The notes: generated by a model not told the origin, from the letters alone. A stretch of 64,000 nucleotides of DNA from Nannocystis bainbridge (GCF_028368995.1 NZ_JAQNDL010000003.1:832001-896000), one strand, 5' to 3'. Shown: positions 49,268 to 59,602, counted from the stretch's first letter. A program made the numbers and translations.

Positions 49268-51544
49268 ATGTCCGCACCCAAATCAGGCCCGCAGAGCCCC
49301 TTCCCCGGACCCCGCCCCTACGAGGCCGGCGAGCGCGACCGCTTTTACGGCCGCGCCGGCGAGCGCCGCGACCTCGCGGCCCTGGTGATCGCCAACCGCC
49401 TCACGGTGCTCTACGGCCCGACCGGCGCCGGCAAGACCTCGCTGCTGGCGGCCGGCCTGGTGCCCGAGCTCGAGCGCGCCGGCTTCATGGTCATGCCGAT
49501 CGCGCGCCCCGGCGGGCTGCTGCCGCCCGGCACCAACCCGGTCCACCTGCGCAACATCTACAGCGCCAACGTGCTGATGCACTGGCACCACGGCGACCTC
49601 GACGGCGTCGCCAAGCACACCATCACCTCGTACCTCGAGGCGATGGAGGACCCGCGGCCCGAGCGGCCGCTGGCCCTCGTCATCGACCAGTTCGAAGATC
49701 TCTTCAACACCCACACCACCCAGTGGGAGCAGCGCGAGGCGTTCCTGCGCGAGCTGGTCGACTGCCTCGCCAAGCCCGAGCGCGGGATCGAGGAGCGGCC
49801 GGTGCGGGTCTGTCTGGCGATCCGCGACGAGGAGCTGGCCGAGCTCGAGCGCTACGCCGCGCTGCTGCCCGACCTCCTGCGGATCCGCTTCCGCCTCGAC
49901 CCGCTGCGCCGCCCGGCCGCGATCGAGGTCATGACCCACGCCGCCGGCGGCATGTTCGCCCGGCCCGACGCCGAGAAGCTGGCGACCGACCTGGCCCACC
50001 GGCGCGTGCGCACCTTCGGCAAGATCGCCCTGGTCCCGAGCGAGTTCGTCGAGCCGATCCAGCTGCAGCTCGCGTGCGACGAGAAGTGGCGCCGCGGCGG
50101 CAAGAGCGGCGCGATGGCCAAGCCGCGCGACCCCGACGAGGCGCTGGTCCGCTACGTCGACGCCGGCATCGCCCGCGCCCGCGCCGGCTGGCGCTCCGAG
50201 GCCAAGATCCGCCGCTTCATCGGCGACAAGCTGCTGACCCCCGAGGGCGGCCGCAGCGCCGTCGTCCGCGGCAAGCGCCACACCGCCGGCCTCCTCAACA
50301 AGCTGGTCGACCGCCTCGAGCAGGAGCGGATCGTGCGCGCCGAGGAGCGGCTCGGGACCCGCTGGTACGAGCTCGCGCACGACCGCATGGTCGAGCCGAT
50401 GCGGATCTCCAACGCCGCATGGTTCGAGGCCCAGCGCCGCCGCCGTCGCGCCCGCCGCGTCGCCCTGCTGCTGCTCCTGCTGGCCGGCCTCGGCGTCGCC
50501 GCCTGGTTCGGCGTGCAGTGGGCGCTGGCCACCTACCAGGGCCTCGAGGGCCAGAAGACCGGCGTCGAGGCCGAGCTCGCGGCCGCCAGCCAGACCCGCG
50601 AGGACCTCGAGCAGTCGCTCGCCCGGGCCGAGGGCAACTATGCGGTCGAGCGCCTGCGGGCTCAGGCGCGCGGCCTCGACGTCGAGCTCGTCGGCCTCGC
50701 CGACGACATCCAGGCCGCCCGCGGCGTGATCGCCGACATGGCGCGCTTCAGCCCGCGCGGCCGCGACAACGAGCCCGCCGACCTCACCAACTTCGTCGCC
50801 GTCGCCGCCGAGCTGCCCGGCCTCGGCGCCCGCCTCACCGGCGTGGGCCAGCGCCACGCCGAGCTGACCGCCGAGCTGACCGCCGCCGCCCAGGCCCGCC
50901 CGCTCGTCGAGGCTGACCTCAAGGCCCTGGCCAAAGAGACAGCCTCGCGCGGCCCCGAGCTCGAGCGCCTGCGCGCCGACCTCGACGCCGCCACCGCCGA
51001 GCAGACCCGCCAGCGCGCCCGCGTGCTGGCCGAGGTGGCCGGCTTCGAGGCCCCGCAGCGCGGCACCAGCGGCGACGCCCGGGCGCGCGAGATGGCCCGT
51101 CAGCTGTGGCGCGACGCCTTCGTCATGCTGCAGCGCGGCAGCACCGAGGACGCGCGCGGCCGGTTCGAGCGGGCCCACCTGCGCGACACCACCCACGCCC
51201 CCGCCTGGGACATGATCGGCCGGATCGCCCAGACCGGCGGCGACCTCAAGCTGGCCGAGCAGTCGTACCGCAAGGCGCTGACCTACGCGCCCGACTACGG
51301 CCCGAGCCTCGCCAGCATGGCCTCGCTCTACCTCACCAAGGAGTGGTTCCTCGACGCCGAGCGCTGCGCCCGCGAGGCCCTGGCCGCCCAGCCCAGCCTG
51401 CTGAGCGCCCGCGTCGTCCTGCGCGCGGTCCAGCAGCGGCGCCAGAGCGAGACCGAGAGCGACGAGGAGGGCCTGAGCCCGAAGAACCCCTGCAGCCGCC
51501 CCGCCGCCGCCGCTGCGCCGCCCGCAGCCGTACCGGCGGAGTAG
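49268..51544 (+). CDS. STAND (nSTAND1-type) NTPase with TM helix, coiled coil and C-terminal TPRs
   Basis: PFPGPRPY...FYGR, GPTGAGKTS (Walker A), LVIDQFEDLF (Walker B), YELAHD; TM VALLLLLLAGLGVAAW; TPR AEQSYRKALTYAPDY. Confidence 0.85.
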   Translation: MSAPKSGPQSPFPGPRPYEAGERDRFYGRAGERRDLAALVIANRLTVLYGPTGAGKTSLLAAGLVPELERAGFMVMPIARPGGLLPPGTNPVHLRNIYSANVLMHWHHGDLDGVAKHTITSYLEAMEDPRPERPLALVIDQFEDLFNTHTTQWEQREAFLRELVDCLAKPERGIEERPVRVCLAIRDEELAELERYAALLPDLLRIRFRLDPLRRPAAIEVMTHAAGGMFARPDAEKLATDLAHRRVRTFGKIALVPSEFVEPIQLQLACDEKWRRGGKSGAMAKPRDPDEALVRYVDAGIARARAGWRSEAKIRRFIGDKLLTPEGGRSAVVRGKRHTAGLLNKLVDRLEQERIVRAEERLGTRWYELAHDRMVEPMRISNAAWFEAQRRRRRARRVALLLLLLAGLGVAAWFGVQWALATYQGLEGQKTGVEAELAAASQTREDLEQSLARAEGNYAVERLRAQARGLDVELVGLADDIQAARGVIADMARFSPRGRDNEPADLTNFVAVAAELPGLGARLTGVGQRHAELTAELTAAAQARPLVEADLKALAKETASRGPELERLRADLDAATAEQTRQRARVLAEVAGFEAPQRGTSGDARAREMARQLWRDAFVMLQRGSTEDARGRFERAHLRDTTHAPAWDMIGRIAQTGGDLKLAEQSYRKALTYAPDYGPSLASMASLYLTKEWFLDAERCAREALAAQPSLLSARVVLRAVQQRRQSETESDEEGLSPKNPCSRPAAAAAPPAAVPAE

Positions 51545-51601
51545 CGCGCCCGCGACCGCGCGCCGCCGACGAGAGCCACGTCGCCGGCGCGCGGACCCAT
51601 T

Positions 51602-51785
51602 GCCGAGGCCCGCACGCTCGGGCCCGCCTTCGCCGACGGGCGGACCTATGGCCGAGGCCCGCACGCTCGCGCTGGCCGTCGCCAACGGGCGGACCTCAAG
51701 GCCGAGGCCCGCACGCACGCGCCGGCCGTCGCCAACGGGCGGACCTCAAGGCCGAGGCCCGCACGCCCGCGCCGGCCGTCGCCGT
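51602..51785. repeat. ~50-bp tandem repeat, 4 copies
   Basis: gccgaggcccgcacgc at 51602, 51651, 51701, 51751. Confidence 0.85.
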
Positions 51786-51794
51786 CACCGGCAC

Positions 51795-52110
51795 GCATTC
51801 GCGCCACCTGGCCGCGCTTGTCGGTCCTCGCGCTGCAACCTCTCCGCGCCTGCCGGTCCCGCGCGCTCAGCCGCGTGCACTCGTGCCACCTGGCCGCGCT
51901 TGCCGGTCCTCGGGCTCGCGCCTGACTTCGCAGCAAACCGCCACGCGCATTCGTGCCACTTCGCCGGGCGTGCCGATCTCCACGCGCTCGCACCGGCCGT
52001 CGACACCGGCACCCGCATTCGTGCCACCTCGCCGCGCGTGCCGGTCCCCACACACTCGCACCCCGTCGACACCGGCATTCGCATTCGTGCCACCTCGCCG
52101 CACGTGCGGA
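51795..52110. repeat. degenerate 66-82-bp repeat with GCATTCGTGCCACCT core, 5 copies
   Basis: cores at ~51795, 51877, 51947, 52015, 52081. Confidence 0.75.
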
Positions 52111-52744
52111 GCTCGAGCAAGCAATAGAACTCGTTCCACAGCGCCGAGCTCATCCGACCAGAGCGCCGCGATGCACGCATTCCACCGGACTCAACCGAGC
52201 CGAGCGCCACCTGCACGCATTCCATCGCACCGACCTCGACCGCTCGCTCGCTCCGAGCCCCCACGAAACAATCGAGGCACCGCGTGCTATGCAGAAGGTC
52301 CGCGCGAACGTCTACAACGCATGTTATGCGCGCGACACTTCGCGCGGCCCACGCTGCGAATCACAACACTGCCGCAGCGCCAACCTTGCGGGAGGTTGTC
52401 GCGGAGCTCGCTTCACCATGCCGAGGACCCACTCCCTTCTTTGCACGATAAGCGACGAAACAGGGCAATACGCGGTCATCCCTTTGTCCTCACGCACCAT
52501 TCGATCGCAGCATCCGCGGGCACGCTGCTTGCTCGCATGCAAGCTCTGCCTCGCGCCAGCAACATGCACGAGAAAACACGACGATACGCGGTTACCCCGA
52601 GACCCGACTTGCCGGCCCGCTGACATCGAACGGCCTCACCCGTGAGAATGCCGGGTCCGCTGGCACAATGTGCTCCGGGCGAGCCATCGCGCCGGCTCCC
52701 TCGTCCCCACGCCGCAGTGTCCACCCGGCACACCTCGCGCAACA

Positions 52745-53092
52745 GAACATCGTTCAGGTCGGCAAAGGCCGCTCGCGCCGCCGCATGGCCCGCGCGCCTC
52801 TTCGCCGCCGCGACGCCCCCCGCCGATCTGCGCCACGAAACATTGTTCATTGCGCCCATCAGCGCCGAGTAAGGCCCTCCGCCGATCGTCTGCCACGACC
52901 CGCCGGACCTCGATTTACCCAATCGAACAACGTTCCGCTGCCCGATCACCGCCAGCTCCATCACCGACCGACGAAGCCACGCGCCCCGCTCACAGAACAT
53001 TGTTCATCTACATCCCTCGCCACGAATCAGGCACCTCGAGGCCGGCCCGATGTCAATGATCGGCAGCCGCCATCTCTCGACAAACAACGTTC
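52745..53092. promoter_or_regulatory. five copies of the quasi-palindrome RAACAWYGTTC
   Basis: 52745, 52838, 52925, 52995, 53082; function unknown. Confidence 0.4.
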
Positions 53093-53326
53093 CGCCTTGT
53101 CTCGGCAGACAATGCGACCGCGGGCCGGCGCCGCAGGACCCTCTGCCTGCTGCACCGACCCGGATCGCCTCCCGAGAGATCGTGACACCGCGCGACGGGC
53201 TCATCGGCACGCCGGCCGCGACCCAATCACACCACCGCCGACAGCCACGCCCTGCGCGAGCGTCTGCCGGGCGCGCCCGCGAATCGCAAGACCGCGGAGC
53301 TCGCTCACTTTGCGGGCCGAGCCTGC

Positions 53327-54322
53327 TCACGCACCCGGTACGTACGTCACCCACTCGCCTTCCGCGAGCGAGTAATCATCGCACGCCGGCAGGTTACAGG
53401 CGACATTGGCGCCGGCGATTCGCGGGGCCTCGAGACACAGCGCACCGGAGGCCGACCACACCGCCTCGACCGCGCCCATCTCGCCGGACGACACCACCGT
53501 GCCGGCCGCGTTCTCCCAGTGCAGCGGGGTGCCGTTCTGCGTGTAGCTGTGGCCCGTACCGCAATAATCGGCCGTGATCATGCGCAGGGTCGCCTGGCGC
53601 TGGGCCAGCGAGGCCGGGTGGCCGGCGCCATCGAAGTCGGACTGCGGCCCGTAGTTCATCAGCTGTAGCTTCGCCGCCGCCGAGCCCGCACACGCCAGGG
53701 TCAGCCAGCGCGACTTGCCGGGCTGGATCGACTTCGTCTCGAGGTCGTACGTCTCGCCGCCGATGACCGTGACCGCGCTGGTCAGGACGTCGAGCAGGTC
53801 GCCGGTGCATACATTGCGCATGCCGAGGAGCGCGTTCAGGTCGGGGTAGACCAGGGTATACGTGGAGACCTGCGGCGCGCCCGCGGCCCACGAATCGATC
53901 TTCTGGTGTCCTAGCACCGTGATCGGCAGCGGCAGCAGCGAGCCCTGCTGATGGACCAGGATGATCGAGCCGATCAGCTGATTGCCGCGCAGGGTGGTCG
54001 TGCCCGAGCGCGCCACCAGGGCGCCCTTCTCGACCGCGATATCGAACTTCTGCAGGCTGAGCAGCCCGAGCGGCGGCGGCACGAAGCCGACGATCCGCAC
54101 GCCCTCGCCGTTGGCCACGCCGTCGAGGTTGAGCTCGCGGATAGCGCGCCCGTTGACCTCGGCCGAATTGAAGCCGCAGCGCCAGACCGGACAGGTCGTG
54201 GAGCCGCCGTCGCGCAGCGCGACCGCGTCATCCCCCAGATCCTCGTCCGTCAGCGGTTCGTCGCATCCGCCCGCAAATAGACACACACCTGTGATTGTAA
54301 GACAAAGCGCCCGACCCAGCAT
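53327..54322 (-). CDS. ADYC-domain lipoprotein
   Basis: AGGC lipobox; LACAGSAAAK, RMITADYCGTGHSYTQNGT, EAVWSASGALCLEAPR. Confidence 0.85.
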   Translation of the reverse strand: MLGRALCLTITGVCLFAGGCDEPLTDEDLGDDAVALRDGGSTTCPVWRCGFNSAEVNGRAIRELNLDGVANGEGVRIVGFVPPPLGLLSLQKFDIAVEKGALVARSGTTTLRGNQLIGSIILVHQQGSLLPLPITVLGHQKIDSWAAGAPQVSTYTLVYPDLNALLGMRNVCTGDLLDVLTSAVTVIGGETYDLETKSIQPGKSRWLTLACAGSAAAKLQLMNYGPQSDFDGAGHPASLAQRQATLRMITADYCGTGHSYTQNGTPLHWENAAGTVVSSGEMGAVEAVWSASGALCLEAPRIAGANVACNLPACDDYSLAEGEWVTYVPGA

Positions 54323-54470
54323 GATAGCCTCGCTACCCCCGACGTCGCGGACACTATCCACGGCGCCCTGCCGCGTCAAGCATAATATGAAGAGCAGGAG
54401 CTGTGATGAATCCACCTTCAGCTCGCGCAGCCGTGTCGCTGCCCTCGCAGCTCCGGCGACGATTCACCGC

Positions 54471-57400
54471 TCAGCGCCCGCCGGCGCGCGTGCGCAGGCG
54501 ATCGATCGCCGCCAGCCGCCACGCGAACGCGTCGCCGGCCCCGCTGAACCACTGCTCGGCCGCCGCGAGCTCGACCGTCGCGCGCGCTCTGTCGGCCGGG
54601 TCCTGGCTGAGCAGCAGCGAGGTCGCCAGCTCGACGCGGGCTCGCGCGAGCAGCCGCGGCAGCGACACGTCGCGCGCCTGCGCGGCGGCGGTGACGGTCG
54701 CCAGACCGGCCACGGCCTCCGTCAGGTGCTCGCGCGCCTCGACCTGTTCGCCCTGGGCCGCGAGGTTGAGGCCGAGGCACAGCCGCAGCTCTGCCTGCTG
54801 GACCGCGAGCCACCATTCGCCGCTCGCGGCCGTGGCCGCAAAAACTGCTCGCAACTCGGCGACCTCGTCGCCGACCGGGCCGAGGCGCAGCGCCGCGTAG
54901 CCGCGGATCAGCGCGATCTCGGGTCGCGTCAGCGCCGTGTCGTCGGCCGTCAGTTGTCGCGCCAGCACGGCGGCCTCGCGCCACGCCGCGCGGGCCGGCG
55001 CCACCGCGCCTGCCTCTTCGTGGCGCTGACCGAGGTGGGCCAGGCACATCGCCCGCTGGGCCACGCGCTCGGCGGCGAACCGCTCGAGCACCGAGCAGCC
55101 GCGCTCGAGCACCTCCGCGGCCATGCGCGGGTCGGTCAGCGACACGCTGGCGACGATGCGGATGACCGCGCTGTGCGGGTGGGCCGGGCCCAGCTCCATC
55201 TCGAAGATCTCGAGCGCCCGCAGCACCAGCGTCTCGCGCTCGGCCGTGCCGGCGACCACCAGCGCCAGGTTGCTCAGCGTGAAGCCGACATCGACGTGGC
55301 GCGGGCCGAGAGCCGCCATTCGCACCGCCAGCGCCTCGCGCAGCGTCACCTCGGCCTGATGAAGATCCCCGATCGCCAGCAGGGCCGAGCCCATGCTGTT
55401 CAGCACCAGGCCTTGCAGCCGCTCCGGCGCCTGCACGCGGGCCGTGTACTCGCGGGCCAGGGCGATGTCCTCGCGGGTCTGCTCGGCCTGCCCGATCTCC
55501 CGGCTGCGCCGGTGGATCCGCAGCGCCAGCGCCTCCAGGGCCGTCTCGTCCACCTCGGCGCCGAAGGCCGTCAAGTAGGCGCGGCTCAGCAGCGACGCGT
55601 CGGCGGCCCACGGGCTGTTCATGTGAATCGTCAGGCGGGCGCGGGCCAGCAGCGCCTCGGCCAGGCCCGGTCGTGAGCCGCGGGCCTCGGCGTCCTTCAC
55701 CACCTGTTCGGCCAGCTCGATCGCCGCGACCTCGCGACCGGCGCGGTCGAGCGCGCCGACCCGCTCGAGCTGCGCCCGCTGCTCGGCCAGCGCCGCGCGC
55801 AGCTCCGGGTCCTCGGGCAGCGGCGCCTCGCTGGCGAGCATGCGCAGGTCGGCGCAATCGTCGACCGGCTGCAGACCGCGGATGATCTCGAGCCCGCGCG
55901 CCGCGACCTCGCCGTCGGCCGCGCGCAGCACCGCGATCGTCTCGCGCAGACCGGCCTTGCGCTGGGCCAGACACAGCATTCGCTGGTCCAGCAGCGTCTC
56001 CGAATTCTCCCCCCGGCGGTGAGCCTGACATGCCTCTTTGTGGGCATCCCGCCACCCGCCCGCATAGCCGTCGAGCGCCGCGGCGATCGGCGGCCACAGC
56101 TCCGTCGAGTGGTGGGGACCGAGGCCGGCGAATCGCAGATCGATCTCCGCGCGCTGGCTCGCGCCCCAGATCGCCGCGATCTCCTGGCCCGAACCATTGC
56201 AGGTCTCGTCGACCGGCGCCGGCCTGGCCGCCAGGTAGCCGCCGGCGCCGGCCAGCAGCGCCGCCACGCTCGCGGCGATCACGATCGGGCGCGCGCGCGT
56301 CCGGCTGCGATCGAGCGCCCGCAGCAGCTCTTCCATCGAGGGCCAGCGGGCCGAGGGCTCGACCCGCAAGCCGCGGGCGACCACCGCGAGCAGCCAGGCC
56401 GGCACGTTGGCGCCGGCGGGCGGCGCCCGCAATTCACCGTACCCGACCGACAGCGCGATGCTCTGCGTCGTCTCGCCGGCGAACGGGCGCTGGCCGTAGA
56501 GCGCCTCGTAGAGCGCCACGCAAAAGCTGAATTGATCGGAGGCCGCGTCGACGCCCTCGGCGCGGAACTGTTCCGGCGACATGTACGCCGGAGTGCCGAC
56601 GAACGGGCCGACGACCAGCGGCAGCTCGGAGCCCGAGGCCGAGCGCGCCGGTGTGTCGATGCGAGCCGCCGTGCTGGCACACAGGCCGAAGTCGAGCACG
56701 CGCACGCGGCCGTCTTCGCCGAGGATCGCGTTGGCCGGCTTGAAGTCGCGGTGCACCAGCCCGACCGTGTGCGCGGCGGCCAGCCCGGTGCCGGCCTGCC
56801 GGTACACTGCCACCACCTCTTGCCAGCTGCGCCCGCGCTCCTCGGACCAGCTCTGCAGCGTCTTGCCGCGGATGAACTCCATGGCGACGAACACGTCCTG
56901 GCGGTGCATCCCGACGTCGTGGACCACGACCACGTTCGGGTGTGACAGTCGGGCCATCGCCTGGGCCTCGCGCAGCAGACGGGCGTTGCCGCGGGCCGAG
57001 CTGTCCTGATTACGGGTGTGCAATACTTTGAGCGCGATCTTGCGGTCGAGCTCGGGATCGTAGGCCGAATAGACCACCCCCATCGCGCCACTGCCGAGCC
57101 GATCGAGCACGGTGAAGCGGCCGATCGTCTCACCGGGCTGGAAGGCGACGATTCGCGTCGACACCCGCACGGTCTGGCCCGACTGGGTGCTGATCGTACT
57201 GTGGACCGGGCCGTCGCGCGGCACCTGGACCAGCCCCGCGCCCTCGATCAGCAGCGCCCGCGTCGCCTCGGCCCGCCGCTTCAGCGCCGCCGCGTCCTGG
57301 TCGACCTCGGCGGCGTCGAGCCATACCTCTTTATCTCGCTCGACCGCCAGCGTCCGCGCCAGCGCGTCGAGCAGGTCGCTCCAGCCGTCGATGTCGGACA

Positions 57401-57848
57401 CCGACCCACGAGCCGGCCCCGCCTGCAGCCCGCGGCGCAGCGCGCGACGAATGCGGCGCAGCGTGGTGATCCCGACCCGCTGCCACGGCACGTGGCGCAG
57501 CCACCCGCGCACCAGCGCGACGTCGTCGGGATCGTCGAGCGCCTCGAGCAGGCGCGCCGCGAGGTCGCGCAGCACCGCGTCGCGCGACGCCTGCAGCGAG
57601 CCCGACGTGGTCGCGCTGATACGGACGAGCACGGCGATCGCCGCGAGCACGCTGGCGTCGTCGGTCCCGCGCGCCATCTCCGAGCCGGCCTGGACCAATA
57701 GGTCGGTCGGGTCGCACGGCGCGGTCTTGCGCGCGAGGATCCGCGCCGCCAAGTCGAGGCGGTGCAGGTCCAGCTCGGAAAAGTGCTCCCAGGCGCCGGG
57801 GATCGGTCGGTGAGGTGATTCCACGGCGACTTCGTCCGGCCGGTTCAT
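54471..57848 (-). CDS. Ser/Thr kinase with TM and TPR region, plus N-terminal ECF-sigma-like extension
   Basis: GSGAMG, IALK, HRDFKPAN, DFG, GTPAYMSPEQ; TPRs (LGPRHVDV, LGPAHPHS); N-terminal ~200 aa with DPTDLLVQA. Confidence 0.92.
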   Translation of the reverse strand: MNRPDEVAVESPHRPIPGAWEHFSELDLHRLDLAARILARKTAPCDPTDLLVQAGSEMARGTDDASVLAAIAVLVRISATTSGSLQASRDAVLRDLAARLLEALDDPDDVALVRGWLRHVPWQRVGITTLRRIRRALRRGLQAGPARGSVSDIDGWSDLLDALARTLAVERDKEVWLDAAEVDQDAAALKRRAEATRALLIEGAGLVQVPRDGPVHSTISTQSGQTVRVSTRIVAFQPGETIGRFTVLDRLGSGAMGVVYSAYDPELDRKIALKVLHTRNQDSSARGNARLLREAQAMARLSHPNVVVVHDVGMHRQDVFVAMEFIRGKTLQSWSEERGRSWQEVVAVYRQAGTGLAAAHTVGLVHRDFKPANAILGEDGRVRVLDFGLCASTAARIDTPARSASGSELPLVVGPFVGTPAYMSPEQFRAEGVDAASDQFSFCVALYEALYGQRPFAGETTQSIALSVGYGELRAPPAGANVPAWLLAVVARGLRVEPSARWPSMEELLRALDRSRTRARPIVIAASVAALLAGAGGYLAARPAPVDETCNGSGQEIAAIWGASQRAEIDLRFAGLGPHHSTELWPPIAAALDGYAGGWRDAHKEACQAHRRGENSETLLDQRMLCLAQRKAGLRETIAVLRAADGEVAARGLEIIRGLQPVDDCADLRMLASEAPLPEDPELRAALAEQRAQLERVGALDRAGREVAAIELAEQVVKDAEARGSRPGLAEALLARARLTIHMNSPWAADASLLSRAYLTAFGAEVDETALEALALRIHRRSREIGQAEQTREDIALAREYTARVQAPERLQGLVLNSMGSALLAIGDLHQAEVTLREALAVRMAALGPRHVDVGFTLSNLALVVAGTAERETLVLRALEIFEMELGPAHPHSAVIRIVASVSLTDPRMAAEVLERGCSVLERFAAERVAQRAMCLAHLGQRHEEAGAVAPARAAWREAAVLARQLTADDTALTRPEIALIRGYAALRLGPVGDEVAELRAVFAATAASGEWWLAVQQAELRLCLGLNLAAQGEQVEAREHLTEAVAGLATVTAAAQARDVSLPRLLARARVELATSLLLSQDPADRARATVELAAAEQWFSGAGDAFAWRLAAIDRLRTRAGGR

Positions 57849-58675
57849 GGAGTCTTACAAGAGGCGCTCCGACGGATCAAGCAAGTCGCGGCGGGCCCCC
57901 GGGAATCTCCACATTAACTCGCGTGCACGTGGGCCCGGCCGCCGCCGCCACCGGACCGCGCCGGCGCGGTCGGCCTCTCGCACCATTCAGAACATTGTTA
58001 TTTCAATGCGCGATCGCCTTCGCCGAACTCCGATTCGCCCTCGCCGCGACGTCCATGGGTGTCGGCGCATCTGTGCGTGTCCGACAATTCAACACCGCAG
58101 CCGAGTCGGCTCGGCTGCCAGCATTGCCAGCAACGCCCTCGCCGCCGCGCACTCGCGCGCGATCGCCCGTCTCCCCGCGGCCGGCGGGCGAGCCGCGCTA
58201 TCATCATTGCGAGCGCGCTTATCGGGACCGTCACCGGCCGGGTCGGTCGATTGAAGACTCCGCGAATTACGGTTGAGCCCGCCGCTTACATGGCAGTAGG
58301 TTGCACCTGGCTCCTGAGCGCATATTGATAACAGTGTTATCGAGAAACAATGCCAGTGGGCGTTCGGAGCCGAGATACGCCGGACTCTACTGTTAGACCC
58401 ACATGCTGAGCGATAGCCCCGGGTCTCCGCGTCTTGCGCCCTCGTGGCGACCCTGGGCATCTCCGCCCGAACAGCGCTCGCCGGCCGATCGCCTCGATCT
58501 GGCGCGAGTCGGCCCTGCTCGGGTGTTTTTGGGGCGCCACACAGTCTGCGGACAGGTGACCTCGAACTCCCGAGATTGGCGCTTGACCGAGGATCAGTGC
58601 CATGAGAGGGTCGCCATCCAGAAATGGTAGGTCGCGCCTCTCGAAGCTGCGCGCGACTCATGGGAGGAAACGGAT

Positions 58676-59575
58676 ATGTACACGCGAATGAATGGATTAC
58701 ACGTCTGCGCTTTGGCGGCTTCGCTCGTGTTCGGCGGGTATGCCTGCAACAGCGACCAATTGCTCGACACCGATACGGCCGGCACGGACGGAGCGTCCGC
58801 CTCGGCCTCGGAGTCGGCCACCGATCCTGCTAGCGCCAGCGAGACTGCTTCCAACAGCAACTCCAACTCCAACTCCAACTCCAACTCCAACAGCCAGAGC
58901 GGCTCCGAGTCGGACTCCGACTCGCAAGGCACCGCGCCCACCGAGGGGCAGGTTTCCGCGACCGAAGCCACCGCGACCGACGGCACCGACTCCATCGGCA
59001 CCGTCTCCGTCGGCACCGACTCTGTCGGCACTGACTCCGTCGGCACTGACTCCGTCGGCACTGACTCCGTCGGCACCGACTCCGTCGGCACTGACTCCGT
59101 CGGCACTGACTCCGTCGGCACCGACTCCGTCGGCACTGACTCCGTCGGCACCGACTCCAACGGCACCGTCGGCACCGACTCCATGGGCACCGACTCCAAC
59201 GGCACCGTCGGCACCGACTCCATGGGCACCGACTCCAACGGCACCGACTCCATGGGCACCGTCAGCGACAGCAACGGCACCATGGGCTCCGGTGACACCA
59301 ACGAGCAGCTGTGTCAGCTCGAGCCGGGCGACGGCGCCTGCGACGAGTGCCTCAAGGAGAACTGCTGCGACGCGTGGGTCGAGTGCAACGAGGACGTCGC
59401 TTGCCTGTGCCTGCTCGGCTGCGCCGAGTCGGGCAACAACGCGCTCTTCTGCGGGCTCCAGTGCCAGGTGTCGCTGCCGACCCTGGTCAACACGCTCAAC
59501 AACGTGCTCGGCGAGTGCGGCCTGATCGGCGAGTGCGGCCTCGCCATCTGCCCGGTCTTCGGGTTCGTGCTGTAG
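58676..59575 (+). CDS. lipoprotein with (NS)n and (GTDSV)n repeats and Cys-rich C-terminus
   Basis: GYAC lipobox; GGAGG ribosome-binding site; 15-bp tandem repeat at ~58982-59260; CDECLKENCC domain. Confidence 0.88.
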   Translation: MYTRMNGLHVCALAASLVFGGYACNSDQLLDTDTAGTDGASASASESATDPASASETASNSNSNSNSNSNSNSQSGSESDSDSQGTAPTEGQVSATEATATDGTDSIGTVSVGTDSVGTDSVGTDSVGTDSVGTDSVGTDSVGTDSVGTDSVGTDSVGTDSNGTVGTDSMGTDSNGTVGTDSMGTDSNGTDSMGTVSDSNGTMGSGDTNEQLCQLEPGDGACDECLKENCCDAWVECNEDVACLCLLGCAESGNNALFCGLQCQVSLPTLVNTLNNVLGECGLIGECGLAICPVFGFVL

Positions 59576-59602
59576 TCGTCCGCGACCGCGGATGAAATCG
59601 AG

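Noticed and set aside
51795-52110. CRISPR array
   Set aside because: Repeats are degenerate, spacing is irregular, spacers resemble each other and no cas genes are in the window
52745-53092. Canonical SOS boxes or integron attC sites
   Set aside because: Spacing is GAAC-N3-GTTC rather than the Gram-positive N4 box, and the RYYYAAC...GTTRRRY attC pattern with cassette ORFs is not present
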